Shown here piece after piece: positions 49,797-58,498 of a DNA stretch of 64,000 nucleotides; position 1 is the first letter of the stretch, and each line of letters begins with the position of its first letter. This stretch comes from Patescibacteria group bacterium. GTDB lineage: Bacteria; Patescibacteriota; Patescibacteriia; Magasanikbacterales; GWA2-37-8. The DNA lies in assembly GCA_041651015.1 (NCBI GenBank), contig JBAZKA010000004.1, forward strand, positions 1,010 through 65,009, given 5' to 3'. Below the pieces are notes generated by a model that saw nothing but the letters and a program-made list of their open reading frames with translations, was not told the origin of the DNA and searched no databases. Made by a program: the position numbers and the translations under genes.

Positions 49797-52301
49797 ATGA
49801 ATATCCTTGACCGATTCTCCACCCACCTCAAAGAAATCATCGCCCGCGCTATGCAAATCGCGGCTGAACTCAAAAATCCGGAAGTTGAACCGCTTCATTT
49901 GTTGTTCGCCATGATGAATGAAAAAGGCTCGCTTGCGTCCGAAGTGCTCGGCCGTTTCAAACTGGATTTGAAAATTTTGGAACAAATGCTTTTGGCGATC
50001 TCGCCGGAGTCAGATGTTCAGAAATTATCCGGAAGAAAAAATATTGATCAGATTCAAATGCCGCCCCTCTCATCCCTGGCCAAATTGTGTTTGGAAAAAG
50101 CCATGATTGCGGCGCAAAAGAATACCCACAGCCACCTCGGCTCCGAGCATTTGCTCTTTGCTCTCCTGGATTTAGACGACCAGAAATTAAACGAATATTT
50201 TAAAGTGGCCAATGTAAAAGTTGACGCCTTGCGCAAAGAAGTGGAAGGATTATTTGCTTCATCAGCTCAATTCCCCGACCTGGCCGAAGTGTCCGAAGCC
50301 ATGGAAGATATTCAAGATAATTTTCTCCCGCCTCAGATGAGCCTGCCGCGCAAACACCGCGGAAAAAATGAAGAATCGGCTTTAGATTATTTTAGTATAA
50401 ATTTGACCGACCCGAAAAACCAAAAAAATATTGATCCGGTCATCGGACGGGAAGTTGAAATTGAACGCCTGATTCAAATTTTATCCCGCCGAACAAAAAA
50501 TAATCCTATTCTGCTCGGCGACCCGGGCGTAGGCAAAACCGCCATCGTGGAAGGATTGGCCAAAAAAATTCTGGAAGGAAAAGTGCCGGATGAATTACGC
50601 CGAAAAAAAATATTTTCCGCTGATTTGGGTTTGCTCGTCGCCGGTACGATTTACCGTGGCGAATTTGAAGCCCGCCTCAAAGAATTAATTGATGATGCGA
50701 GCAAAGACCCGGACGTAATTTTATTTATTGATGAGATTCATAACATTGTCGGCGCCGGTTCGTCCCAAGGTTCCATGGACGCGGCCAACTTGCTCAAGCC
50801 GGCTCTCGCCCGCGGGCAAATTCATTGTATCGGTTCCACCACGCCCGCGGAATTTAAAAAATTTATTGAAAGCGACGCTGCTTTGGAACGGCGGTTCATG
50901 CCGATTTTCGTACGCGAACCGTCAATTGACGAGGCCAAACAAATTTTACTCGGCCTGAAAAAGAATTACGAAGACTTTCACCGCGTGGACATCTCGGACG
51001 AAGCCGTGAACGCAGCCGTGGAATTATCCGCCCGATATATTTCGGGGAAATTTTTGCCGGACAAAGCGATTGATTTGTTGGATGAAACAGCCGCGGCCAA
51101 AAAATTATCCGTGGGCAATTCCCGAGAAGAAAATCAGCTCGCGGAAATGCGTGAAAAATTCCGCAGTATAAATTCCCAGAAAGAAAAAGCCGCGCTCGGC
51201 GACAATTTTGCCGAGGCCCTGAAATTGCGTGATGAATCAACCGCGCTTATTCGTGAAATTGGCAAATTGGAAAAAGTGTTGGAAAAACAAAAAAGTAAAC
51301 ACATCGCTCAAGTGGTTTTGGATGACGTGATCCGCCAAGTGGCGCGCGTCACAGGCCACCAGCCGGCCGAGCTGATTGCGGACAACCGCAAAAAATACGA
51401 CAATATTTTGCGTGAAATCAAAAAATCCGTGGTTGGACAAGATTCGGCCGTGGAATATTTGGTCGCGCATATCCGCCAAGCCGACCTCGGACTGTCCGAC
51501 CAAACACGGCCGTCCGCTTCTCTGCTTTTTGTCGGGCCGTCGGGCACAGGTAAAACCGAAACCGCCAAAACCTTAGCCAAAGTTTTATTCCCGGGACAAG
51601 ACGCGTTAATCCGTTTGGATATGTCCGAATTCGGTGAATCATATGGCGCGTCCAAATTACTCGGTTCACCGGCCGGTTATGTGGGCTACAAAGAAGCCAA
51701 TCAATTCACTGACCGGCTCAAACTCCACCCATATTCCGTTGTATTGTTTGATGAAATAGACAAGGCTCATCCGGATATCTTGAAACTTCTTTTACAGATG
51801 CTTGAGGAGGGAGAAATTACCGATGCCACGGGCAAGAAAATTTCCTTAAAACATGCTATAATAATATTAACCACTTCTTTTGGCGCGGACGAGCTGAAAA
51901 AGGGCAATTTTGGTTTCTCTACGGGAGCGTCAAGTACACAGGGTAGCGCTGAACGGATACGTGAAAAATTAAAAGAGCGCTTCTCCCCCGAACTGATCAA
52001 CCGGCTGGACCAAATTTGTTTATTTAATGAATTAACCCCGGAGAATCTGGCGCAAATCGCCGGGCTGGAAATCGCGGCTCTGAATGAACGCCTGAAAAAA
52101 TATCGCACGGCCGTGGCCGCAAGTGGAATAGTTTTACAAAAATTTATTACCTCATTGGAAATAAAATCCGCCAACGCGCGCGATATCAGGCGCAGAGTTC
52201 GCGCGGACATAGAAAAATTCTTGGCCGACATTATCGTGAAAGGCGCGCCAAAAAAATCCTATTCTCTGCAAATAAACAAAAACGAATTAAGCTTGAAATA
52301 A
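49797..52301 (+). CDS. clpC: ATP-dependent Clp protease ATPase subunit, ClpC-like
   Basis: Clp_N repeats, GDPGVGKT, GPSGTGKT, short M domain. Confidence 0.9.
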   Translation: MNILDRFSTHLKEIIARAMQIAAELKNPEVEPLHLLFAMMNEKGSLASEVLGRFKLDLKILEQMLLAISPESDVQKLSGRKNIDQIQMPPLSSLAKLCLEKAMIAAQKNTHSHLGSEHLLFALLDLDDQKLNEYFKVANVKVDALRKEVEGLFASSAQFPDLAEVSEAMEDIQDNFLPPQMSLPRKHRGKNEESALDYFSINLTDPKNQKNIDPVIGREVEIERLIQILSRRTKNNPILLGDPGVGKTAIVEGLAKKILEGKVPDELRRKKIFSADLGLLVAGTIYRGEFEARLKELIDDASKDPDVILFIDEIHNIVGAGSSQGSMDAANLLKPALARGQIHCIGSTTPAEFKKFIESDAALERRFMPIFVREPSIDEAKQILLGLKKNYEDFHRVDISDEAVNAAVELSARYISGKFLPDKAIDLLDETAAAKKLSVGNSREENQLAEMREKFRSINSQKEKAALGDNFAEALKLRDESTALIREIGKLEKVLEKQKSKHIAQVVLDDVIRQVARVTGHQPAELIADNRKKYDNILREIKKSVVGQDSAVEYLVAHIRQADLGLSDQTRPSASLLFVGPSGTGKTETAKTLAKVLFPGQDALIRLDMSEFGESYGASKLLGSPAGYVGYKEANQFTDRLKLHPYSVVLFDEIDKAHPDILKLLLQMLEEGEITDATGKKISLKHAIIILTTSFGADELKKGNFGFSTGASSTQGSAERIREKLKERFSPELINRLDQICLFNELTPENLAQIAGLEIAALNERLKKYRTAVAASGIVLQKFITSLEIKSANARDIRRRVRADIEKFLADIIVKGAPKKSYSLQINKNELSLK

Positions 52302-52302
52302 T

Positions 52303-52977
52303 ATGGCGATTGACGAGGCGGACGAAAAACTTGAAAAAGAACGGACAGATGCCGCGCGCCTCGCCGAGGTACGCGCCGCCGACCGCCATCGCGCCGAGGT
52401 TGCCATGCAATCTCAAAACGAGGAGCGCAATCGCGCGCCATCCACCAATGAAGAATTTCCGGAACTGGTGAGGCAAACCGAATATGGCGGCATACAAAAT
52501 GAATCCATTGATGAAAATCAAGACGAGGACACGGAAGATGAAAATTCCGAAGAAGGACAACCGGGAACACAGCAAACATCACGCGACATTGCCAACGCGG
52601 CCGCCCAACAAGACCGCGTCAGCCGAATGTCAAACATACAATCCGGTTCCAGAAAACGAGAACAAGAAATTAAAAGAAGATCCGAGCGACGCGTCGTTGA
52701 AATGCAAAATGACACCAAAAAACAACAAAAAATCGCCGAGGCCGCGAATATTTCTTGCTTCAAACTCGCCGTCGGCTGCATCTTGTGGATCATTCCGTTC
52801 TTTGGTTGGGCCGTCAAGATAATTATACGCATTAGGGATACCAAGGCGCGAATTGACGCGGCCAAAGCCAAAATCAAAATCGCAAAACTGGAAGAGGATA
52901 TTAAAAAAGAAAAGAAAAAAATGCAAGACGACCTGAAAGAAATGCAACGACAAGCGGTGCAACAAATGCAAAAATAA
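52303..52977 (+). CDS. Hypothetical protein with acidic N-terminus, hydrophobic segment and coiled coil
   Basis: Starts 1 nt after the clpC stop. Confidence 0.7.
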   Translation: MAIDEADEKLEKERTDAARLAEVRAADRHRAEVAMQSQNEERNRAPSTNEEFPELVRQTEYGGIQNESIDENQDEDTEDENSEEGQPGTQQTSRDIANAAAQQDRVSRMSNIQSGSRKREQEIKRRSERRVVEMQNDTKKQQKIAEAANISCFKLAVGCILWIIPFFGWAVKIIIRIRDTKARIDAAKAKIKIAKLEEDIKKEKKKMQDDLKEMQRQAVQQMQK

Positions 52978-53023
52978 ATAGAACTCAACCGCACGCTAAA
53001 ATATAAACAGGGAACAGTTGCCG

Positions 53024-53062
53024 AACTTTACAAACTTTATAACTTTACAAACTTTATAACTT
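53024..53062. repeat. AACTTTAT/AC tandem repeat
   Basis: (aactttacaaactttat) twice. Confidence 0.75.
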
Positions 53063-53066
53063 GATT

Positions 53067-54299
53067 ATGTCAGATAGAACAAAAAGAATTTTACTAATCG
53101 TTGCGCTTCTCACCGTCACCGCTCTGCTTGCTTTCGCACTTTATTATTTTTTCAAACAAGCCGGACCTCTCGCTGAAGTGACTCCGGGCGAACAAGGCGC
53201 CACCACGACCGGCGTCGGAGCCGGACTACCCTCGGCCGGCGGACGCGCCACCACGACCGGCGAAGGCGGCGGCGCCACCACTACTTTGCCAATTGCCGGA
53301 AATATCCCGAGTGCGTCACAAAGTTATTATCGCACGCAAGCAGTCACCAAAATCGCCAATGTTCAAACCACTTATAATTCAGCGGACAAATCCGGCGGCA
53401 TGCGTTATTACAATGCTAATGACGGAAAATTTTATCGCGTAAACGCGGATGGCACTATCACGGCCATGAGCGATACAGTATTCAATAATGTTTCCAATGT
53501 CACTTGGGCCGATGGCGCGGACAAGGCTGTGCTGGAATATCCGGACGGATCAAACATTGTTTATAATTTTGAGACGCAAAAACAAGTGACCCTGCCCAAA
53601 CACTGGGAAGATTTTTCATTTTCGCCCGACAGCACGCAGATTGCCGCCAAATCAGTGGGTTTATCCGAAGAAAATCGTTGGCTCGTCACGACTAATGATG
53701 ATGGCTCGGGCACACAGTTGTTGGAAGCGCTGGGAGAAAATCAAGACAAAGTGGTCGTAGATTGGTCGCCCAGCCGGCAGGCTGTGGCCTTTGCCTTTAC
53801 CGGCGATCCCTTGGGTACTTATCGCAAAGAGGTTTTACTTGTCGGCTTGAACGGAGAAAATTTCAAATCCCTGACGGTTGAAGGTATGGGCTTTACTTCA
53901 CAATGGTCGCCAACCGGCAAAAAATTATTATACAGCGTTTACAGCCCGCGCACGGATTTGAAGCCCGAACTCTGGATTACCAATTCTTATGGCAACGACA
54001 TTGGTTCCGGACGCACCAGTCTGGAAATAGAAACCTGGCCGAGCAAATGCACTTTTGCCGGAGACAGTACGGTTTATTGCGGCGTGCCACAGACCTTATC
54101 CCAAGGCGCGGGAATTTCCCCGGCCATTGCCGCCGGCACCACTGATGATTTATACAAAATTGATTTAACCACCGGATTAAAAACAAAAATCGCGACCGAT
54201 GGTACTTATTCCATCAGCACGATTTCTTACGACGAGACAAACAAACGTTTACTCTTTACCGACGCCAACCAAAGCGGCGTGTTTGAAGTAAGTTTATAA
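53067..54299 (+). CDS. Membrane-anchored TolB-like beta-propeller protein
   Basis: N-terminal TM, Thr/Gly linker, FSPD/WSPS/WSPT blades. Confidence 0.8.
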   Translation: MSDRTKRILLIVALLTVTALLAFALYYFFKQAGPLAEVTPGEQGATTTGVGAGLPSAGGRATTTGEGGGATTTLPIAGNIPSASQSYYRTQAVTKIANVQTTYNSADKSGGMRYYNANDGKFYRVNADGTITAMSDTVFNNVSNVTWADGADKAVLEYPDGSNIVYNFETQKQVTLPKHWEDFSFSPDSTQIAAKSVGLSEENRWLVTTNDDGSGTQLLEALGENQDKVVVDWSPSRQAVAFAFTGDPLGTYRKEVLLVGLNGENFKSLTVEGMGFTSQWSPTGKKLLYSVYSPRTDLKPELWITNSYGNDIGSGRTSLEIETWPSKCTFAGDSTVYCGVPQTLSQGAGISPAIAAGTTDDLYKIDLTTGLKTKIATDGTYSISTISYDETNKRLLFTDANQSGVFEVSL

Positions 54300-54303
54300 A
54301 ATT

Positions 54304-54975
54304 ATGAACGCCTCAGCTAAAAAATTTTTCCTTTTATTGGTTGTCGCTATCGTTGGCACGGTCATAATTTTAATTTACCAAATTATTAAGACAAACAAAA
54401 TTTCCGTCAATCACGCGGACAAGGATTTGATTGAAACCAATGCCGTGGATATTCCGATTGACCCACTGGACCCAATTATCGGCAACCGCGGCGCGAGTAT
54501 TACCATCACCGAATTTATTGATTATACCTCGGCCGATAGCCGTGATGTCCACAAAAAATTAGTCGCGGCTGTGGAGAAAAATCCCACCAAACTTCGTTTG
54601 CTTGTCAAAGATTTTCCAGCCACGGGTTTGTTTGCGGGCGATCATGCTCGCCCAAATCTGGCGGCCTATTGCGCCGAGAAACAATCCATGGATAAATTTC
54701 TCGCTTTTGTGCCGGAACTAATCAGCGCCAATAAAAAAACATTTACCGATGACGATTTGAAAACTATCGCGAACAAAATCGGTCTAAATGAAACCGCGTG
54801 GTCGGCCTGCTTGAATTCCACCGAGGCCGGCGCGCGCATTGATTCCTCGGTCTCGCTCGCGAAAACACTCGGATTAAAAAATGCCCCGCAAATCTATATC
54901 AACAACCGCTTGGTAAATTATTTGGATGAAATTGACTTAGATGATTTCCTCGCGGAGTTGGTGAAGGAATATTAA
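54304..54975 (+). CDS. DsbA-like thioredoxin-fold protein lacking CxxC
   Basis: IGNRGASITITEFIDY, KDFP, AAYCA, APQIYIN; SADS at the CxxC position. Confidence 0.8.
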   Translation: MNASAKKFFLLLVVAIVGTVIILIYQIIKTNKISVNHADKDLIETNAVDIPIDPLDPIIGNRGASITITEFIDYTSADSRDVHKKLVAAVEKNPTKLRLLVKDFPATGLFAGDHARPNLAAYCAEKQSMDKFLAFVPELISANKKTFTDDDLKTIANKIGLNETAWSACLNSTEAGARIDSSVSLAKTLGLKNAPQIYINNRLVNYLDEIDLDDFLAELVKEY

Positions 54976-54979
54976 GTTT

Positions 54980-56455
54980 ATGAAAAAACTTTTTACAATT
55001 ATTTTTCTCGGCGGGTTTTTGTTTTTGCCGATGACGGCATTTGCAAAAAGTTGTTGCGTTTGCAAAATGTATTCTGCCGGCGAATCTGTAAGCACGGCCA
55101 GCCGCGCGTTTAATACCATCACGGATGACACAGACGCCAAGTGCACGACAGGTAAAAAAGATGAGTTGAACGCGGGTGTCACCCTATCCTATTATACTTG
55201 TTCAATCGCGGAAAACGCTGGCTGTGAGGTAGAAGAAGCTACACCGGAGATGACCACCATCGCTGAAGAGCTCGGCTTAAAGGATGTCGTTCTTGGCATT
55301 AACATCCCGAGTTTGCATTTTAGCGCGCCACCCACTAAAGTTGACTCGGAAGGCAATCTGTATATTTCTTGGGCCGCCGAATACATCAAAGCAATTTACA
55401 ATTTTGCTCTGGTCGCCATCAGCATACTAGCTGTTGTCGTCTTAATTATTTCCGGCGCGCAAATTATCACTTCAGCCGGCGGTCCAGCTAAAGGCGCGGC
55501 TTACAAGCGCATCACCCAAGCCATCATCGGACTGTTCATTGCTTGGGGTTCTTATGTCGTGCTTTATACCATCAACCCGGATTTGATCGCTTTGAAATCG
55601 CTGAAAATTGCGTATGTACAAAAAATTGAAATTGAAGTTGTATCTGATGCAGACTATAAAACACTTACTGGAAAATCTCCCGGCGCACCAGCTGAATTAT
55701 TAAAAATGGCAGTTGAAGCTGGAAAAAAAATCGGGCTCACTGATGATTGCATGATGAAAACAATCGTCAGCAAAGAATCGGGAGGCAATGCGGGCGCTAT
55801 TGGCCATGACGAAAATTTTAATCGTACGACTCATATTGTCTGGGCGCGACGAAATTTTCTTTTGAGCGGAACCACATATAAAGGATCTTCGTTTACACCG
55901 GTAGCGACCGACAAAAGTAATTACAAAGCAACGATGAACGCAAGCGGTATAAAAAATGATGATTCGTTTAACGTAAATAATCCTCCTGATTATGGACTTG
56001 ACTGGCGTTTTTCTCACGGTATCGGCTTGGGACAAATGACTATCAATCCAAACAAAAGTATGGGGGGGTATAATTCATGTGAAACCACCAGAGCCGACGG
56101 CAAGACTGAACGAGGTATTAGCAAAGGCGGAGAGTGTATAGGCATATCAAAGCTTATGGAACCAGAAACTGCTGTTGAACAGTCGGCTAAATTATTTAAA
56201 AGCAATCTTGAATGTGCGGCCGGTCTTGGACTTTCCGGCGAGGAACAATTTAGAGGCGCTTTATTTGCTTATGCGGCGGGTTGCGGGGCATTAAAAAAAT
56301 TAGGCGGATCTTTGCACTCTACTCTACAAACACATAAGACGGTCACGCGCGCGATGACATATTATACAGCCTGCAAAGCGGATTCAAGTATCGGCCCCGA
56401 TAGCGCCCCGGAGCAATCACCCGTGGCTACCTCCGATGATGAAGAATCAAATTAA
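54980..56455 (+). CDS. VirB2/TrbC-like pilin domain fused to a lytic transglycosylase-like domain
   Basis: Two-TM pilin-like segment ending INPDL; KESGGN, GLGQM, AYAAG motifs. Confidence 0.75.
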   Translation: MKKLFTIIFLGGFLFLPMTAFAKSCCVCKMYSAGESVSTASRAFNTITDDTDAKCTTGKKDELNAGVTLSYYTCSIAENAGCEVEEATPEMTTIAEELGLKDVVLGINIPSLHFSAPPTKVDSEGNLYISWAAEYIKAIYNFALVAISILAVVVLIISGAQIITSAGGPAKGAAYKRITQAIIGLFIAWGSYVVLYTINPDLIALKSLKIAYVQKIEIEVVSDADYKTLTGKSPGAPAELLKMAVEAGKKIGLTDDCMMKTIVSKESGGNAGAIGHDENFNRTTHIVWARRNFLLSGTTYKGSSFTPVATDKSNYKATMNASGIKNDDSFNVNNPPDYGLDWRFSHGIGLGQMTINPNKSMGGYNSCETTRADGKTERGISKGGECIGISKLMEPETAVEQSAKLFKSNLECAAGLGLSGEEQFRGALFAYAAGCGALKKLGGSLHSTLQTHKTVTRAMTYYTACKADSSIGPDSAPEQSPVATSDDEESN

Positions 56456-56459
56456 TATC

Positions 56460-57821
56460 ATGTCTTCAAAACCTCAAACAATATTCTCTTGCAACAACTG
56501 CGGCGCCCAGTTCCAGAAATGGACCGGGCGTTGTTTGGAATGCGGAAAATGGGGCACGATAGATAAAGAAGCCAAAATCATTCGCGAGAAAAAATCTGAA
56601 ACAAATGAATACGCGCCGGCGAAATTATCCTCGCTCTCGGAAATAAAAAGTGAAAATGCCGCACGCGTGAAGACAAATATAAATGAACTGGACCGCGTGC
56701 TCGGCGGAGGACTGGTACCGGGCAGTATTATTTTACTCGGCGGAGAGCCCGGCATCGGCAAATCCACGCTCGCGCTTCAGCTCGCTTCCCTACTCCCGAG
56801 TTCGCTTTATCTCTCAGGCGAAGAATCAGCCGAACAAATTAAACTCCGCGCCGACCGTTTGAGCGTCAAAGCGCAAAATCTGAAAATCGGAAATGAATCA
56901 AACATTGAAACAATCATCAGCACGATTAAAAAAGAACGTCCGCAAATTACCATTGTGGATTCGGTTCAAACAATTTATTCCGATGAGTCCGTTGGCGAAG
57001 CCGGCAATCTGGCGCAAGTGCGCGCCTGTACCGTCAAACTTATGGAGCTGGCCAAGTCCGAGCATTTAACGATCGTGCTGATCGGGCAAGTGACCAAAGA
57101 AGGCACGGTGGCCGGACCAAAAACTTTGGAACATTTGGTGGACACTGTTCTATATTTAGAGGGTGATAGATTTCATCAATTCAGAATTTTGCGCGCAGCC
57201 AAAAATCGTTTTGGCTCCACTGATGAAGTCGGAGTTTTTTCCATGGAAGAAAACGGTTTGCAAGAAGTGAAAAATCCTTCGGCCGCGTTCCTGGGCGAAC
57301 GGGCGGAAAACGCACCGGGCAATGTGGTGGCGTGCCTGATGGAAGGCACCCGGCCGATTCTGTGCGAAGTACAAGCCTTGGTCAATAAAACCGCGTTTGG
57401 TTATCCGGTGCGCAAATCAAATGGCTTTGATTTGAATCGTCTGCACATGCTCGTGGCCGTCCTGGAGCGCCGGGCCGGATTAAATTTATCTCAATACGAT
57501 ATCCATTTAAATATTGTCGGCGGTCTCACGGCCGATGAGCCGGCGGCCGACCTCGCGGCCGCTCTGGCCATTGCCAGCGCTTACAAAGATAAATCCCTTG
57601 GATCGGACATGGCTGCCTTTGGCGAGATTGGCTTGTCCGGCGAAATTCGTCCGGTCTCTTTCACGGAAAAAAGAATCAAAGAATGCGAAGGCCTCGGGCT
57701 CAAACGCGCTCTGACCAATTTGGGAAAAAAGAATAATCAGAATGTCATCCCCGCGAAGGCGGGGATCCAGAAAATTAAAATCATTGATATAAAAAACATT
57801 TCAGAAATTATACGAATATAA
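56460..57821 (+). CDS. radA: DNA repair protein RadA/Sms
   Basis: C4 zinc finger, GEPGIGKST, KNRFG. Confidence 0.97.
   Translation: MSSKPQTIFSCNNCGAQFQKWTGRCLECGKWGTIDKEAKIIREKKSETNEYAPAKLSSLSEIKSENAARVKTNINELDRVLGGGLVPGSIILLGGEPGIGKSTLALQLASLLPSSLYLSGEESAEQIKLRADRLSVKAQNLKIGNESNIETIISTIKKERPQITIVDSVQTIYSDESVGEAGNLAQVRACTVKLMELAKSEHLTIVLIGQVTKEGTVAGPKTLEHLVDTVLYLEGDRFHQFRILRAAKNRFGSTDEVGVFSMEENGLQEVKNPSAAFLGERAENAPGNVVACLMEGTRPILCEVQALVNKTAFGYPVRKSNGFDLNRLHMLVAVLERRAGLNLSQYDIHLNIVGGLTADEPAADLAAALAIASAYKDKSLGSDMAAFGEIGLSGEIRPVSFTEKRIKECEGLGLKRALTNLGKKNNQNVIPAKAGIQKIKIIDIKNISEIIRI
57744..57770. repeat. GTCAT-type REP in frame in radA
   Basis: gtcatccccgcgaaggcggggatccag encodes VIPAKAGIQ. Confidence 0.8.
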
Positions 57822-57823
57822 CA

Positions 57824-57909
57824 CGATGCAAATATACGAATGCATACGAATTATACAAATAATCGTCGCAATATTCGTTATATTCGCATGAATTCGTATA
57901 TTAGTATCG
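57824..57909. repeat. Imperfect inverted repeat of TACGAAT units
   Basis: gatgcaaatatacgaatgcatacgaat... / ...attcgcatgaattcgtatattagtatc. Confidence 0.7.
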
Positions 57910-57984
57910 CATATAAAAAAACGCCGCCATCGGGAGTACCCTTTGGCGGACTTTTTGTTTTTTTTTGGAAATGAGGCGAGAATA

Positions 57985-58290
57985 TTAGGCGAGCACTTTT
58001 ACGCAGGGATGTTCCACGAGTTCACCGAAGAGCTTGCGGACATCTGCGAGTTTCTTGAACGTGATCACCCTACACTTGATTTGGCGATCGCGATCGTCCT
58101 TCCCGAATCGCCCGAAGATCTCCACGGAACGGCCGTTGAGCCGAGGCGCAGCCAAGCGCGCGTAGACGACCTGCGGACCAGATTGACCCTCCACGATCGC
58201 GGAAACCACCACGAAGTCCGCCCCTTCTTTTTTAAAATCATTGTCCGGACCCACGCGCAATTGATTCAATCCGTCCCATCTTGTTGACAT
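57985..58290 (-). CDS. Hypothetical protein (ORFan)
   Basis: ATG 58290 after GAGGAGG; TTGACA-17 nt-TATTAT upstream. Confidence 0.6.
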   Translation of the reverse strand: MSTRWDGLNQLRVGPDNDFKKEGADFVVVSAIVEGQSGPQVVYARLAAPRLNGRSVEIFGRFGKDDRDRQIKCRVITFKKLADVRKLFGELVEHPCVKVLA

Positions 58291-58379
58291 CTCCACCCTC
58301 CTCAAAAAATGTACTTGTGATGTTTTCACAGCCCCTCCGTGAAAACGAAAACGCTAAAATAATAGCACAAAATGAACCA

Positions 58380-58490
58380 AATGTCAAATATCCAATGCCA
58401 AATTACAAATAAAACCCAAAACCAAAAATCCAAATTTTGATATTTGATATTTAGGCTTGATTTGACATTGGAAATTGGAAATTTGACATT
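58380..58490. repeat. Inverted repeat of heptamer units (AATGTCA/AATTTCC)
   Basis: aatgtcaaat...atttgacatt; 22 bp shared with the truB insertion. Confidence 0.8.
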
Positions 58491-58498
58491 ACTTACCC

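Noticed and set aside
49718-49873. N-terminal extension of PMM/PGM in the ORF track
   Set aside because: Overlaps the divergent clpC; the family start is MSNIFKAYDIRG at 49717
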